From positions 32,001-96,000 of the IMG/VR virus record IMGVR_UViG_3300030104_004642: a stretch of DNA of 64,000 nucleotides, one strand, 5' to 3'. The notes beneath the pieces are model-generated. The model was not told the origin of the DNA, did no database searches, and saw only the letters and a program-made list of their open reading frames with translations. This DNA comes from a virus. Numbering within the stretch: position 1 is the stretch's first letter; every line of letters starts with the position of its first letter. Both the position numbers and the translations under genes were made by a program. Shown here piece by piece: positions 35,694 through 46,314 of the stretch.

Positions 35694-38600
35694 TTATACA
35701 GTTGTTGTTGTCAGTGCGATACCTACATCTCCACCACTGAAGAAGTCATCAACCAGTTGCTGTGAATTGTTTATAGCACCACCTGCTCCATGACTAATGA
35801 AGATTGGGTTGCCATCACAAGCCGCATCCTTAGTAGCAATGACTTCACTATTTGATTCATCAAAGATATCAAGAGTATTGTTAGAGTGATATCTGATCGA
35901 GAACTTAGTGCTTCCAGGATTAGGGTCAGTCCACTTGGTGGCAGAGTAGTTAGAATTACCAGTGTTGAAAGTCATTCCACCCAAATCCACTATCTCCTCA
36001 GAGGTATTCGTCTTATAACTCCAGTCCCAAAGTCCAGTACTATTCTCCACATTAGTAAGACCAGATGTAGCATTACCAGTTTTCCATTCTCCAATGCGAG
36101 TATTGGTCTGAGTGAGAGGAAGTTGCCAGTGCATCTTATATCCTGCTGCTAAACCATCCTTGTGTCTCCATACTTGGTCTGCTGCATAAGCAAGTGGGTT
36201 ACCAGTGCTGTGAATACCTACACCACCAAGATCTTGGTTCTCGGGGAATCCACCAATCCTCCAGTTCTTCCAGGGGTTGTAGTAGTTGGGTGGTTCGTGA
36301 GCAATCTCCCATCCATATACTTCAACACCTGTGGTGGATGTAGGAATTCTGGTTGAGTCACCTCCCATAGAGATAAAGACAGGATTACCATCCAGTGCAG
36401 AGTTGGATACTGCCAGTGTCTCCCTTACACCTGCTCTAACTACATCAAGTTTCAGTTTATTATCACCAGCATCATACTTTAATCTACAACTTTGTCCCGC
36501 AGTGGTTGTTGTTATATTTGCCTGAACGGTGACTCCACCATCCTGATATGCCTGTGTTTTTAACTCACCATCTCTACGGAAACGGAATCCAACACTATAT
36601 GATCCATCAAAGTTAGAATCTAGAACACCAATAATCATATTGTGTTTGGTAGAACCATTATTATTGATGGATAGTTGAGTCCAGATAAATTCTTCTCCTG
36701 GTCTCAATTTCTCACCCCAAGTAACATTGAAAGCACTATTGGTAATAGTCTTAAAACCATTAGAAACATCTAGCGACTCTGATGCTGTCTTCAAAGGCAT
36801 CGTGTTTTGTTTTAAATTTAATGCAGTATTTCGATTGCTACCAGATGACCAGTCACGGTACTCCATGAACCAGTTTGCTTCATTCCACTCCCACTCATAC
36901 TGAACATAGTCTGACAATACGTCATCAGAGTTATTCACAGATAGGAGATATGGATACATGTCACCACCATCAAGTGAATCATCACCAGTAATAATTACCT
37001 CATCAGTATCTTCATCAAAGATATCCCAGGTGTTATCAGAGTTATATCTCCAAGAACAATTTCTTCCTGGCATAGCAAGAGTGGTGGTGCTAGTATCCAA
37101 AGCAGTGTAATTTGCATTGACAGTAGCATCCTCATGAGCAGTGAACTTCTCCTGATTAGTAAGTCTCCAAGTCATCTCACCTGCCTGATAGGCATTGTTC
37201 TCACCACTACCTAGGTCTTCTGTTCCCTCAAAGTTTGTTGACCAATACTGATTACCAGCAGTTGTTGGAACTGTAAACTTAACCTTCATTCCAGGTCTCA
37301 ATGATCTATTAGATTTCCATACATCATTAGTTTTGGTTCCATTGTAGAAACTATGACCAGGACGATCTGAATCAGTATAAGATTTAATAGTAAAATCTTG
37401 TGATCTAATTTGTGATACTGATGGAAGATTTCCTGGTGTTGATGCTTGAGTACCCTCTTCAGATGAGAAGTAGATATAAGTTTCAGTTGCTCCTACTCCA
37501 ACATTTGCTGAGGAGAGTAACCAGTCATATGCAGTGGTGATTTCCCAGAGTTGTAATTTCTCTGTTTGGTGGTCAAATCTAATAGCATATGTCCCATTTT
37601 CAACAACAATATCTTTATTCAGTTCAACACCCGTTCCAGCATAAGTTCCATTTTTTGCATCCCAATCATCATCTGAGACATCATAATACCACTTGGTAGA
37701 CCAGTTTGATTTATTATTTACATTTGTAACACCTGTTACACCAGTGCCACCATTCCAAATACCAACATGAAGATCTTCAGCAGGAATTGCAAAGAGCATT
37801 TCTTCTCCTCTTTTCAACTTAGTTCCATAGTAAACTACACCCTTATCCTTATCATGTTGATTATTTTCTAGGTAATCATTTGTGTTATGAAATTTGAAAT
37901 TAGTTTGATTCTGGTAGTATCTAACTGTGCTAATACCAGGAACATGAATGTTATCTGAAATAGCAAAAGAAATAGTAATTGGACTACCATTCTCAGCAGT
38001 AGAAGCAGTTCCAACCACATGATTGTTATCATCTTGATTGATAAGTTTTAACTTATTATCATCACCATCATATCTCAATATGAGATGATCTCCAGCTTGA
38101 AGACCCTCATATCTATTACTGGCATGTCCAGTGTGGGCAAAACCAATAGAGTCATATGCACTACTCTCAAAAGATACATGATGACCATTGCCTAATGACC
38201 TTCTTATACGAAGCATCTTTTCCCACAGGGATTGATGACCAGCATTTGAGGGATCATATGAGGTAGAACCTCCCCACTTACCAACAAACACTGATCCAGT
38301 ATCTTCTGCCACATGACCCCATTCCATCTGTTGGTATGGTTTCAGTTGAACACCATAGTAAAATGGGTTGTTAGCAGTTGGTGGGTTGGTGGTCGTAATA
38401 CCAGGACCCTCAGTAGAGAAACCAGCACCAGGACTTAGATATTGCTGATACCATTCAAACTCATTGATTGTTGTGTTGTGTGTTGGAACACCTGTGAGAC
38501 CACTGTAAGGAAAATTGGTAGCATTTGTAAGATCAAATGCTGGTTGTGCAATTGAATCACCAAGAGTAAAGTTAACTCCACCAAGTCCAGTGATGTGTGG

Positions 38601-39212
38601 AGAGAGTTGAGTAGAATCAATCAGTCCTGTAATTTTAGATCCATCTATACTATCAACGTCTCCACCCTCAATAAAGATGGTTGCAACGCCTGCAGTTGGT
38701 GAAGTAATAGTAGATATACCGCTACCTCTAAAATCAAATAACGTAACACCTGTACCAACATATCCACCACTGGTTGTAATACCAACCTGGTCAATAGATA
38801 TATTTGCGACATCATTTTGTACCGTAATAAGGTCAATAGCACCCTTGAAGTTGAGGGTAGTGCCTCCACCAACTAGTGCTCCGTTATTCTGAATATTAAT
38901 TTCGTTAGACTTCTTATTCGCCTGGTCATTGATATAGTCAATAACTTGTGCCAGACTAAAACCAAGATCACCTACAAGGAACTGTCCAGTTTTGTTCTTA
39001 ATTCTAGTGGGAAGGATTCTTTTAAAAAGTCTCCTTGGTGTTACTCCATCCCTACTAAACTGGTCACTTCTAGTAATCCTAATTTTTCCTGGACGGTTAG
39101 GGTTTTCAATTGCCACAACAACACCACCCAGAGGTGCAGAGGGAACTCTTGTTCCTTGAAAGAAGATGGCGCCTTGACTGACATCTCCATGAATTGTTAC
39201 GTTTCTTGCCAT
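35694..39212 (-). CDS. Large repeat-containing putative virion/adhesin protein (five beta-rich domains)
   Basis: N-terminal fibre-like GVT.FDF.G/TTLNF.G motifs followed by five diverged repeats. Confidence 0.75.
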   Translation of the reverse strand: MARNVTIHGDVSQGAIFFQGTRVPSAPLGGVVVAIENPNRPGKIRITRSDQFSRDGVTPRRLFKRILPTRIKNKTGQFLVGDLGFSLAQVIDYINDQANKKSNEINIQNNGALVGGGTTLNFKGAIDLITVQNDVANISIDQVGITTSGGYVGTGVTLFDFRGSGISTITSPTAGVATIFIEGGDVDSIDGSKITGLIDSTQLSPHITGLGGVNFTLGDSIAQPAFDLTNATNFPYSGLTGVPTHNTTINEFEWYQQYLSPGAGFSTEGPGITTTNPPTANNPFYYGVQLKPYQQMEWGHVAEDTGSVFVGKWGGSTSYDPSNAGHQSLWEKMLRIRRSLGNGHHVSFESSAYDSIGFAHTGHASNRYEGLQAGDHLILRYDGDDNKLKLINQDDNNHVVGTASTAENGSPITISFAISDNIHVPGISTVRYYQNQTNFKFHNTNDYLENNQHDKDKGVVYYGTKLKRGEEMLFAIPAEDLHVGIWNGGTGVTGVTNVNNKSNWSTKWYYDVSDDDWDAKNGTYAGTGVELNKDIVVENGTYAIRFDHQTEKLQLWEITTAYDWLLSSANVGVGATETYIYFSSEEGTQASTPGNLPSVSQIRSQDFTIKSYTDSDRPGHSFYNGTKTNDVWKSNRSLRPGMKVKFTVPTTAGNQYWSTNFEGTEDLGSGENNAYQAGEMTWRLTNQEKFTAHEDATVNANYTALDTSTTTLAMPGRNCSWRYNSDNTWDIFDEDTDEVIITGDDSLDGGDMYPYLLSVNNSDDVLSDYVQYEWEWNEANWFMEYRDWSSGSNRNTALNLKQNTMPLKTASESLDVSNGFKTITNSAFNVTWGEKLRPGEEFIWTQLSINNNGSTKHNMIIGVLDSNFDGSYSVGFRFRRDGELKTQAYQDGGVTVQANITTTTAGQSCRLKYDAGDNKLKLDVVRAGVRETLAVSNSALDGNPVFISMGGDSTRIPTSTTGVEVYGWEIAHEPPNYYNPWKNWRIGGFPENQDLGGVGIHSTGNPLAYAADQVWRHKDGLAAGYKMHWQLPLTQTNTRIGEWKTGNATSGLTNVENSTGLWDWSYKTNTSEEIVDLGGMTFNTGNSNYSATKWTDPNPGSTKFSIRYHSNNTLDIFDESNSEVIATKDAACDGNPIFISHGAGGAINNSQQLVDDFFSGGDVGIALTTTTV

Positions 39213-39213
39213 C

Positions 39214-40341
39214 TTATGTTACTACGTTTACTGTAAGGGCCAACATTTCAAAGTCACCTTCATCACTTGCCCTTGCAGATAGGTTAAAGGAACCGGCATC
39301 AGTTGTGGTGAGTCCAGCCAGAGAATTACCAACATAGAAGTTGATAAGTGTCTCACTTATATAGTTCTGGTCAGCACCCTCATTACAGATGACTGCCTGC
39401 TCCCTAATCACACTAAAATGTGTTGTTCCAAAGGATTGAGTTGTAGGATTTGTGGTGAAATTCAAAGCAAAGTCAAGGTTAGTATTGTCAATATCAGGGT
39501 TGAATTGAGCAGCAATTCTTACAATGACTGATGAACCTGCATCAGTACCAGCAAGTGAGAATTCTGTTTGACCCGTTCCAATTGTAGCACCAGCACCAAT
39601 CCAGGGGTCATTGTTATTAACATTCAACATCTTCAGGGGCATGAAGTCAGTCTTGTTTGTTCTTACCTGTGGTTGAACTAGAACAAATTCATCAGCAGGA
39701 AGAGTCTGAACCGTATTTGCCACACCAGTAGTGTAGTAATCAGTTGTGTATCTATAATATCCCTGATGTAAATCATTAAAGTGTGTTCCTAGTCCTATTG
39801 AACTTACACCAACATAATCACTACCATCATGTTGGAGAAGTTGACCTTCTGTTCCAGAGTAGGATCCTCCTCCACCACCAGTTGCACCTACAAACTTACC
39901 TGATGCTGCATCATACTTGAGGAACTTACCATCTACCTTTGCAGAGTCCCTATCTACATCATCCAGGAACTCAAGTCTTACCTCACCACCCCCACCAAGG
40001 GATCCAAGTTGAACTTGTAATCTATTAATTAAAAGTTTTTGATTCTCCTGTAACTTAGCAAGTGAATCAATTTTGTCAGATAGAAGAGGGTCCTCTGTTC
40101 TCTCAGGGAGTAACTCAACAGATGATTCAATCAGAGTTTTCTTTTCTAATTTTGCTTTTTCAGCAGCAATCTTCTCTTGATTTAACCTAATCTCTTCATA
40201 GAGATTTTTTACATTCTCCTGTACTTCACGAACCCCATCCTCAACCAAAGTTTTGTATTCTGGTTGTTTGATAGGAACGTCTTCATTGTTGTCTAATGAC
40301 TCTACAAGAACCTTGAGGTCATCAAGAGTTATCTCCTTCAT
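39214..40341 (-). CDS. Putative virion fibre protein (coiled coil, GGGG hinge, beta domain)
   Basis: QLGSLGGGGEVRLEFLDDVD...FLKYD hinge shared with the 1307-aa protein. Confidence 0.7.
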   Translation of the reverse strand: MKEITLDDLKVLVESLDNNEDVPIKQPEYKTLVEDGVREVQENVKNLYEEIRLNQEKIAAEKAKLEKKTLIESSVELLPERTEDPLLSDKIDSLAKLQENQKLLINRLQVQLGSLGGGGEVRLEFLDDVDRDSAKVDGKFLKYDAASGKFVGATGGGGGSYSGTEGQLLQHDGSDYVGVSSIGLGTHFNDLHQGYYRYTTDYYTTGVANTVQTLPADEFVLVQPQVRTNKTDFMPLKMLNVNNNDPWIGAGATIGTGQTEFSLAGTDAGSSVIVRIAAQFNPDIDNTNLDFALNFTTNPTTQSFGTTHFSVIREQAVICNEGADQNYISETLINFYVGNSLAGLTTTDAGSFNLSARASDEGDFEMLALTVNVVT

Positions 40342-40344
40342 TGA

Positions 40345-41817
40345 TCAACAGTTCCATGCTCTTAATGACTTATTTATCCTGCTATCAGGATCACTTGCTG
40401 TCTTCTTAGAGGTCAACTTTTTCTTCATACCCTTCATTCTTGCGCAAAAAGACGCTCTACGCTTGTTGCCAACTTTCTTTGAAGGTCTTTTAAGATCGCT
40501 TCCTGGGTTTTCTTGTTCATACGACTTTCTACCTTTTTCATTCAAACCTCCTTCTTTGTTTTTACCAGACTTTTTTGTCCATGCTGCTGCCTCCTCTACT
40601 TCTGTAGATTCAGTTTCTTCACCCATCTGTATTAGGGGTTCACCAGGTTGATAATCAGTCTTATCATATCTCTTAAGATGACAACCAGGATATACCTTAT
40701 CAAGTGCAGCCTGAACTTCTGCCCTTGTGGGTGCTCCTACCTCAGGGAAGAAGATCTTCATCATCATGTATTTACCCCTCATGGTGAATGCCACAAGATA
40801 GATATTGCCAGTCTTGGCAGGAACTCTTACTGCTTCAGTAACTGCCTCACATTTCATTTCATTTTCAATATCAGGACAATCTTTCATCCCATGAACAGGA
40901 CAGAACAACCCTTTATGGTTATGGGCACATTTTTTCTTTTCTTCACTGATGCCTGCCTTTCTCAGTCTACTTGCCTGACTAGTATGCATCTTTACAGCAG
41001 CATCTAGTTCTTTAGCAATCTTCTTTACATTTTTAGGAACTTCTTTTTTCTCATTTACAACTTCAACCTCAAATCCTGCCCTTCTCATGGCATCAATCTG
41101 GATCTGAGAGAACTCAGGGAGTGCAAGAAACTCCTCTTTCTTTGTAGATTTACCATAGTTCTTAGCACCCTTCTTACGGCACTGAACCAATCTTCCAGAG
41201 GCATATGCAGAAGGCCAGACACTGGCAGATGCTTTCACCTTATGATAACAAGCATCCTTCTTACCTTCCTTTTCAAGGATGGTCTCTTCCTTTTGGGTTT
41301 TCTTCTTGGTGTTCACGTGAATTGCACTCCCTTTTCTGTCTGGATTAGGATCATTTGCTCTCTTGCGTCTTACAGAAGCACCCCTTTCTGCCTTAGACAT
41401 GCTTGCTGCCTTATCTTTTGATAAGCACTTTGGTTTGGGACCATCACCTTTTCCATCACCATCTTTATCATCACGAGCACATTTACCAACCCTTTCACCC
41501 TTGGTGTTATAGCGGTCCCATCCACCACCACCTGCTCCACCACCACCTCCTTTACCAAACCATGCTCTTAGATCCTCACTTACGGATCCACCATTGCCAC
41601 TCCCAGACCCATTACCACCATTGCCATTACCATTGCCATTAGAAACATTACCATTTTTCTTACCATTCTTTTTAGTGGTACTATCATCATCCTCAGTGTG
41701 TCCATTCTCCTTACGAAGCATACCAGCAGGTCCAACCATCTTGAACCCTTTTGGAATGTCTTTGCACACCTTGTCAGTGTAACAATAATATTTGCCGTCT
41801 GGACACTTCTTTTTCAT
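40345..41817 (-). CDS. Modular basic Cys-containing late protein (possible internal head polyprotein)
   Basis: Tandem basic modules (KKDACYHKVK..WPSAYASG; SFCARM..SL.AWNC) separated by acidic xxE linkers; TATAAATA at 41840-41847. Confidence 0.75.
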   Translation of the reverse strand: MKKKCPDGKYYCYTDKVCKDIPKGFKMVGPAGMLRKENGHTEDDDSTTKKNGKKNGNVSNGNGNGNGGNGSGSGNGGSVSEDLRAWFGKGGGGGAGGGGWDRYNTKGERVGKCARDDKDGDGKGDGPKPKCLSKDKAASMSKAERGASVRRKRANDPNPDRKGSAIHVNTKKKTQKEETILEKEGKKDACYHKVKASASVWPSAYASGRLVQCRKKGAKNYGKSTKKEEFLALPEFSQIQIDAMRRAGFEVEVVNEKKEVPKNVKKIAKELDAAVKMHTSQASRLRKAGISEEKKKCAHNHKGLFCPVHGMKDCPDIENEMKCEAVTEAVRVPAKTGNIYLVAFTMRGKYMMMKIFFPEVGAPTRAEVQAALDKVYPGCHLKRYDKTDYQPGEPLIQMGEETESTEVEEAAAWTKKSGKNKEGGLNEKGRKSYEQENPGSDLKRPSKKVGNKRRASFCARMKGMKKKLTSKKTASDPDSRINKSLRAWNC

Positions 41818-41842
41818 TTTATATAAAAAGGTCTCTTAGTAT

Positions 41843-42016
41843 TTATAGACCAATGATTGTAAGGGGATTAGACATCACAGTTGCAACCCCAGATGTATTA
41901 TCAAATTCTATCCTGTTACTCTCATAATCAAGTTTTTTCATATTTCCTAAATCTACACCATCACTTGCAATACCAACACTTCCTCCTCCATTTACCTCGC
42001 TTATAAGTCTAGGCAT
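41843..42016 (-). CDS. Small virion-type protein (57 aa)
   Basis: Manual translation MPRLISEVNGGGSVGIASDGVDLGNMKKLDYESNRIEFDNTSGVATVMSNPLTIIGL*; TAATG overlap with the upstream gene. Confidence 0.7.
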   Translation of the reverse strand: MPRLISEVNGGGSVGIASDGVDLGNMKKLDYESNRIEFDNTSGVATVMSNPLTIIGL

Positions 42017-42348
42017 TAGTTAGCAGTCTCCAACACTGATAGAAGAACTTTGAGAGATGAATTAGCACCAGCACTTGCCTTAATGGAGTCATTGGTTTGA
42101 AGAACCAATTTACCATCAAGGGGCACATAAGCATCACTCACAGGCACAGAAGCATCTTTAATAATCTCAGTGGTTGTGCTACTTCTCACATGAGACATGG
42201 TGAATGTGGTTGCTGATGAAGCAACATTGGTTACATGAGCATATAATACAATCCCTGTATAACCTGTGGGTGCTGTATATACTGTTTGATCTGAGGTTGT
42301 TAAAACAATAGTCTCTGTCTTAAACCTATTGAGTGCTAATTGTGCCAT
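42016..42348 (-). CDS. Small virion structural protein
   Basis: YTAP.G..IVL...V.N, GKLVL...D.I all-beta pattern typical of cyanophage fibre-associated proteins. Confidence 0.7.
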   Translation of the reverse strand: MAQLALNRFKTETIVLTTSDQTVYTAPTGYTGIVLYAHVTNVASSATTFTMSHVRSSTTTEIIKDASVPVSDAYVPLDGKLVLQTNDSIKASAGANSSLKVLLSVLETAN

Positions 42349-45300
42349 TTAACTAAGTGCTAGAATGAAGGGGGTCATTTCTGAGAACAAACTCTTAGAG
42401 AATGCTCTACCACTGATTGTTCCTGTTGCCTGATTGATTTGCAAATCATCACCAATTCTGAAGTTACCAGACTGGTCTGTGCTGGTATATATCACTCTGC
42501 CTCCATTTTGACTGACTGCTTCATTTGCCTGGATTGTTACTCCTCCTCTCTTTGGAGTAGCACCAGTGATTGTATTTCCAGAACCAATATATTCAAATGT
42601 GTGGGAACTAGCAACAATCTTACTTTGTTGGAAGAAGAAAGCAGTGGACCCCACTCCAACAGTGTTGAATAAGTTTTCAGCAAGGGTTAATGTAGTAATT
42701 CCAGAGGATATGGGTGTAGCACTATTTATTGTGAAGTAGGTATCTGACATCACTGCTGTTGCAGTGGCAGTTGTTCCTGAATCAGGGGCAGAAATGGTGA
42801 TTGTGGCAGTGCCTGTGTACTGACTTCCACTACTAATAATATCAATTGATGTAACATTACCACCCTCTATGGTTGCAAAGGCAGTTGCAACCTCTCCATT
42901 TGGTCCTGAGGGGGTTGAAACAGTGACTGAGGGTGTGGAAGTATATCCACTTCCCCCATTAGTGATTGTAATTGATTCTACTGACTTAAAGAGAGTATCA
43001 AAGAAGACAACCTGACCATCATATGGTCTTGTGGTAACAGCACCAACATTAACAATCACTGTATCCTGACCAGCAGCAGCAGAGGTGGTAACTATACCTG
43101 TGAACTGTTGATCACTTACACCATCAGCAATAAGACCAAATGTACCAAAACTACAATTACTATTGGCAACATCAGCCTGACCACCTTTGTGAACAGTGAT
43201 TGCTTTATCACAGCAAATTGTAAACACTGAGACTAATTGAGCATAACCCTCATTAGTTACAGCAACACCAACACCACCCTGATTATATTGGGTGAAAGCA
43301 TCAACATTCATTGACTTAGTTTTTTCTGCCTTATCACCATCAATTAAAACACCAATACCTGTGGTTGTGTCACTTGTGCAGTTTTGAATATATGGTCCTT
43401 TCCATTTACCACCACCAACATTAGTAGCACCACCAGTTGGGAAAGCAACAGCAGCTGCTGGATGAACATGACCAGAGAAGGTCATATTTGCTAACTTGCA
43501 ACCCTTCTTGACATGGAATATATCCTGTGTTGTGTTGTTTGGGAGAACCTTTACAGTCCTTAGATCATCACCAACAACAGCACTAAATGCTGGAAGTTCT
43601 ATTGGATTATTTTCCACATAGTTTCCAGACAATACCTTAATTACAGATCCAGTATTTGCAATACTTACTGCACCAGCAATGGTCAATTTAGCATTATCAA
43701 TTGATGTTCCATTATTGGTATCATCACCATCCTTGGCAACATAGAAAACATTAGGAGCAGAGTTGATACCAGTGGCACCAGCATCAAGTGTGACATTCTC
43801 ACCCAGGATGATTGTGGAGTTTGTAACAGTAACAAGACCAACACTGACTGTATTGTTGTCACCATCAATCACAACAGATGCTGAACCAACAGTTAGGATG
43901 CCAAGTATTCTGGCATCACCATCAACCAGCAATGCTGTATTACCAGAACCAATATGTACTGTTCCAACACCAGTGTTAAAGGTTGATATACCAGTTACAC
44001 CAAAACTACCAGAACCAGTGATGTTTTTGCTATTAAGATCAAGATTGCCACCAAGTTGTGGTGTTGTGTCCTCTACAACATTGGTAAGCAGAGTTCCAGA
44101 ATCTGATGGTAGGGTGAGGGTGATATTACCAGAGAAGTCAGAATGTGCTGGTGCCTGAATCCTGGCATAGTGAGCATTACTTGCCTCACAATACAGGTCA
44201 ATCCTACCAGGAGATCCATCGTCACTAAAAAGTTTAATTTGGTTTGTCAGTGTGGATACACCAGTAACATTTAATGAATCAGATTCAATGTTACCTGTAA
44301 TATTGATACCACCACTGGTTGTCTCAAACTTCTCAACATCATTGAAGTAAAGTCTTACACCCTCATCATCCTGAAATACAGCAGATGACTTACCAGACTT
44401 TGCCTGAATGATGATGTTACCACCATCGTCATCATCTACATTGTTCCTGATGAATAATGGACCTGTGTTATTATCAATGAATGATTGATTACTATCATGG
44501 TATAGTTGTAAATCAGCACTAGCACCAATCTGCAACTTCTTACCATCAGTAATAATTTCAATATTATCCCTACCAGTAATAATACCAAGGGAATCTACAT
44601 TCTTTACATCCTCATATGTGACTGTTCCACCAACTGTTACATTTCCTGTTGCCTCAATATCTCCAATAACATGAAGTGAAACTCCTGCCTTTGCAGTTGT
44701 TGTTCCAATACCAACACTCTTTACAGTGTGAATACCAACATTATCAACACCCCAAGTACCAGCAGCACCAACAGATCCTTGAATTGCAGTGCTGGCAATA
44801 CCAACCCATTTTGAGGTGGTAGAATTATAAATTAGTAGTTGATTATCTGTTCCATCAAATGTTACATCATCAAGGTCTTTGATGAATCCTGCTCCACCAC
44901 CACCCATGGTGGATAGTTGTGTCTGAATTCTACTAATGAACAACCTGTAGTGTTTTGACAGGTCATCAAGAGTGGCAAATTTTTGGTCAAGAGGTGTCAG
45001 TGGGTCAGTTTGTTTACCAGCAGTTTCTTTCTCGTTGGGAGGTTCATCAAGCAGACCCTCAGTAAGAGTTTTTTGCTGCTTTTTAATGACATTTGCAATT
45101 TTGTAGAGTTCAGTGATCAGACCTTTGATGTTGGTCTTTACATTTTTGACCTCAACTTGCAGTTTTTTTATGTCTTTGTCATAATATTTGACCTCTGGAA
45201 GAGAATTGAACTTTTGCTCTACTTCTTCTTTTAAATCAGTGTAAAAAGAGATGATTTTCTCATCTGTCTTGATACTTTCATTCTCAATAGACTTAATTTG

Positions 45301-46272
45301 TTCCTTTAAAGTCTGTTTGAGTTTGTTTTGCTCACCTAATATTGATTTTTTTAGTTTTCTATCATCATCTTTGAATTCTTTGTGATGATCATAAACCCTG
45401 AGGGTCATTTCCCTCAGTTCTTTGTAGATTTTTTCCTTAGATTCAGTTAATCTGATGTTTGTGGAGTCTAAATTCTCAGAAAGATTCTTTGAATCTACTC
45501 TTTGTTCAAAATCTTTGGTTTCAATAACCTCATTTAACTCAGAAACCCTTGAATCTATTTTTTCCTTGATAATATCAAGGTGCCCCTGTACCTTTTTGAA
45601 GTCATCATCAATAATTCCAAAGGTTTTACCAATCCATGAGAAATCTGGAACCTCATTTACCTTCTGAACCCAGTCAGGGAAGGTTGGAATACTCTCATTG
45701 ACCTGTTCAATCCTTGATTTAAGGGCATCAAGGTCATTTTCATAGTATTTTACCTCTGGAAGGGACTCAATTTCTTCCTTAATTCTTGATATTTTACCAT
45801 AAATGAGTTCAATATCACCCTCATAGTACCTGACCTCAGGAACTTCTGGGATTTTTTGCTCAATTTCAGTTAATTTTTCTTCAAATTCCTCATTTTTTGA
45901 TTTTAAATCAAAGATTTTATCACTTTTGAGATCATAAATTGAAAAATTCTCTTGAATTTCAGCAATTTTTTCACTTATCTGACCAATCTCTTCATCATAT
46001 GACTTGATCTCAGGTATTTCAGGTATTTCTTTTCTTACATCATTAACTAATTTGACCAGTTCTTGCCATTCTGGTGCTTTTACTACGTCAATAACCTCTG
46101 CAAATGTATTTCCATCTGCATCTTCAATGGTTTGATCCTCTTCAAGAGGGTAAGTCTTATATTCTTCTACTGATGGTAATTCTTCTTTCTCTTCAATGAA
46201 GTCCTTATAAGAGGGAAGATTGCTCTCCTCTAGATAATCATTTATTGACGGCAAGTCCTCTTTATTAGACAT
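42349..46272 (-). CDS. Large fibre-like protein: PEVKYY-repeat coiled coil, fibre repeats and a beta-helix-like domain
   Basis: Repeated (I/L/V)PE(V/I)(K/R)(Y/S)Y(D/E); VGIGT repeats; FYVAKDGDD.N.G..G.Y.E..P...GDDLR; PYIQNCT; ITNGGSGYT. Confidence 0.8.
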   Translation of the reverse strand: MSNKEDLPSINDYLEESNLPSYKDFIEEKEELPSVEEYKTYPLEEDQTIEDADGNTFAEVIDVVKAPEWQELVKLVNDVRKEIPEIPEIKSYDEEIGQISEKIAEIQENFSIYDLKSDKIFDLKSKNEEFEEKLTEIEQKIPEVPEVRYYEGDIELIYGKISRIKEEIESLPEVKYYENDLDALKSRIEQVNESIPTFPDWVQKVNEVPDFSWIGKTFGIIDDDFKKVQGHLDIIKEKIDSRVSELNEVIETKDFEQRVDSKNLSENLDSTNIRLTESKEKIYKELREMTLRVYDHHKEFKDDDRKLKKSILGEQNKLKQTLKEQIKSIENESIKTDEKIISFYTDLKEEVEQKFNSLPEVKYYDKDIKKLQVEVKNVKTNIKGLITELYKIANVIKKQQKTLTEGLLDEPPNEKETAGKQTDPLTPLDQKFATLDDLSKHYRLFISRIQTQLSTMGGGGAGFIKDLDDVTFDGTDNQLLIYNSTTSKWVGIASTAIQGSVGAAGTWGVDNVGIHTVKSVGIGTTTAKAGVSLHVIGDIEATGNVTVGGTVTYEDVKNVDSLGIITGRDNIEIITDGKKLQIGASADLQLYHDSNQSFIDNNTGPLFIRNNVDDDDGGNIIIQAKSGKSSAVFQDDEGVRLYFNDVEKFETTSGGINITGNIESDSLNVTGVSTLTNQIKLFSDDGSPGRIDLYCEASNAHYARIQAPAHSDFSGNITLTLPSDSGTLLTNVVEDTTPQLGGNLDLNSKNITGSGSFGVTGISTFNTGVGTVHIGSGNTALLVDGDARILGILTVGSASVVIDGDNNTVSVGLVTVTNSTIILGENVTLDAGATGINSAPNVFYVAKDGDDTNNGTSIDNAKLTIAGAVSIANTGSVIKVLSGNYVENNPIELPAFSAVVGDDLRTVKVLPNNTTQDIFHVKKGCKLANMTFSGHVHPAAAVAFPTGGATNVGGGKWKGPYIQNCTSDTTTGIGVLIDGDKAEKTKSMNVDAFTQYNQGGVGVAVTNEGYAQLVSVFTICCDKAITVHKGGQADVANSNCSFGTFGLIADGVSDQQFTGIVTTSAAAGQDTVIVNVGAVTTRPYDGQVVFFDTLFKSVESITITNGGSGYTSTPSVTVSTPSGPNGEVATAFATIEGGNVTSIDIISSGSQYTGTATITISAPDSGTTATATAVMSDTYFTINSATPISSGITTLTLAENLFNTVGVGSTAFFFQQSKIVASSHTFEYIGSGNTITGATPKRGGVTIQANEAVSQNGGRVIYTSTDQSGNFRIGDDLQINQATGTISGRAFSKSLFSEMTPFILALS

Positions 46273-46314
46273 TCTATTAGTAATAATACTTTGGGATTTC
46301 TCTCCCTTGATGTA

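Noticed and set aside
41520-41660. Short tandem CCATT(A/G) and CCA repeats
   Set aside because: They encode Gly/Asn low-complexity linkers; not a CRISPR array or DNA-level repeat element
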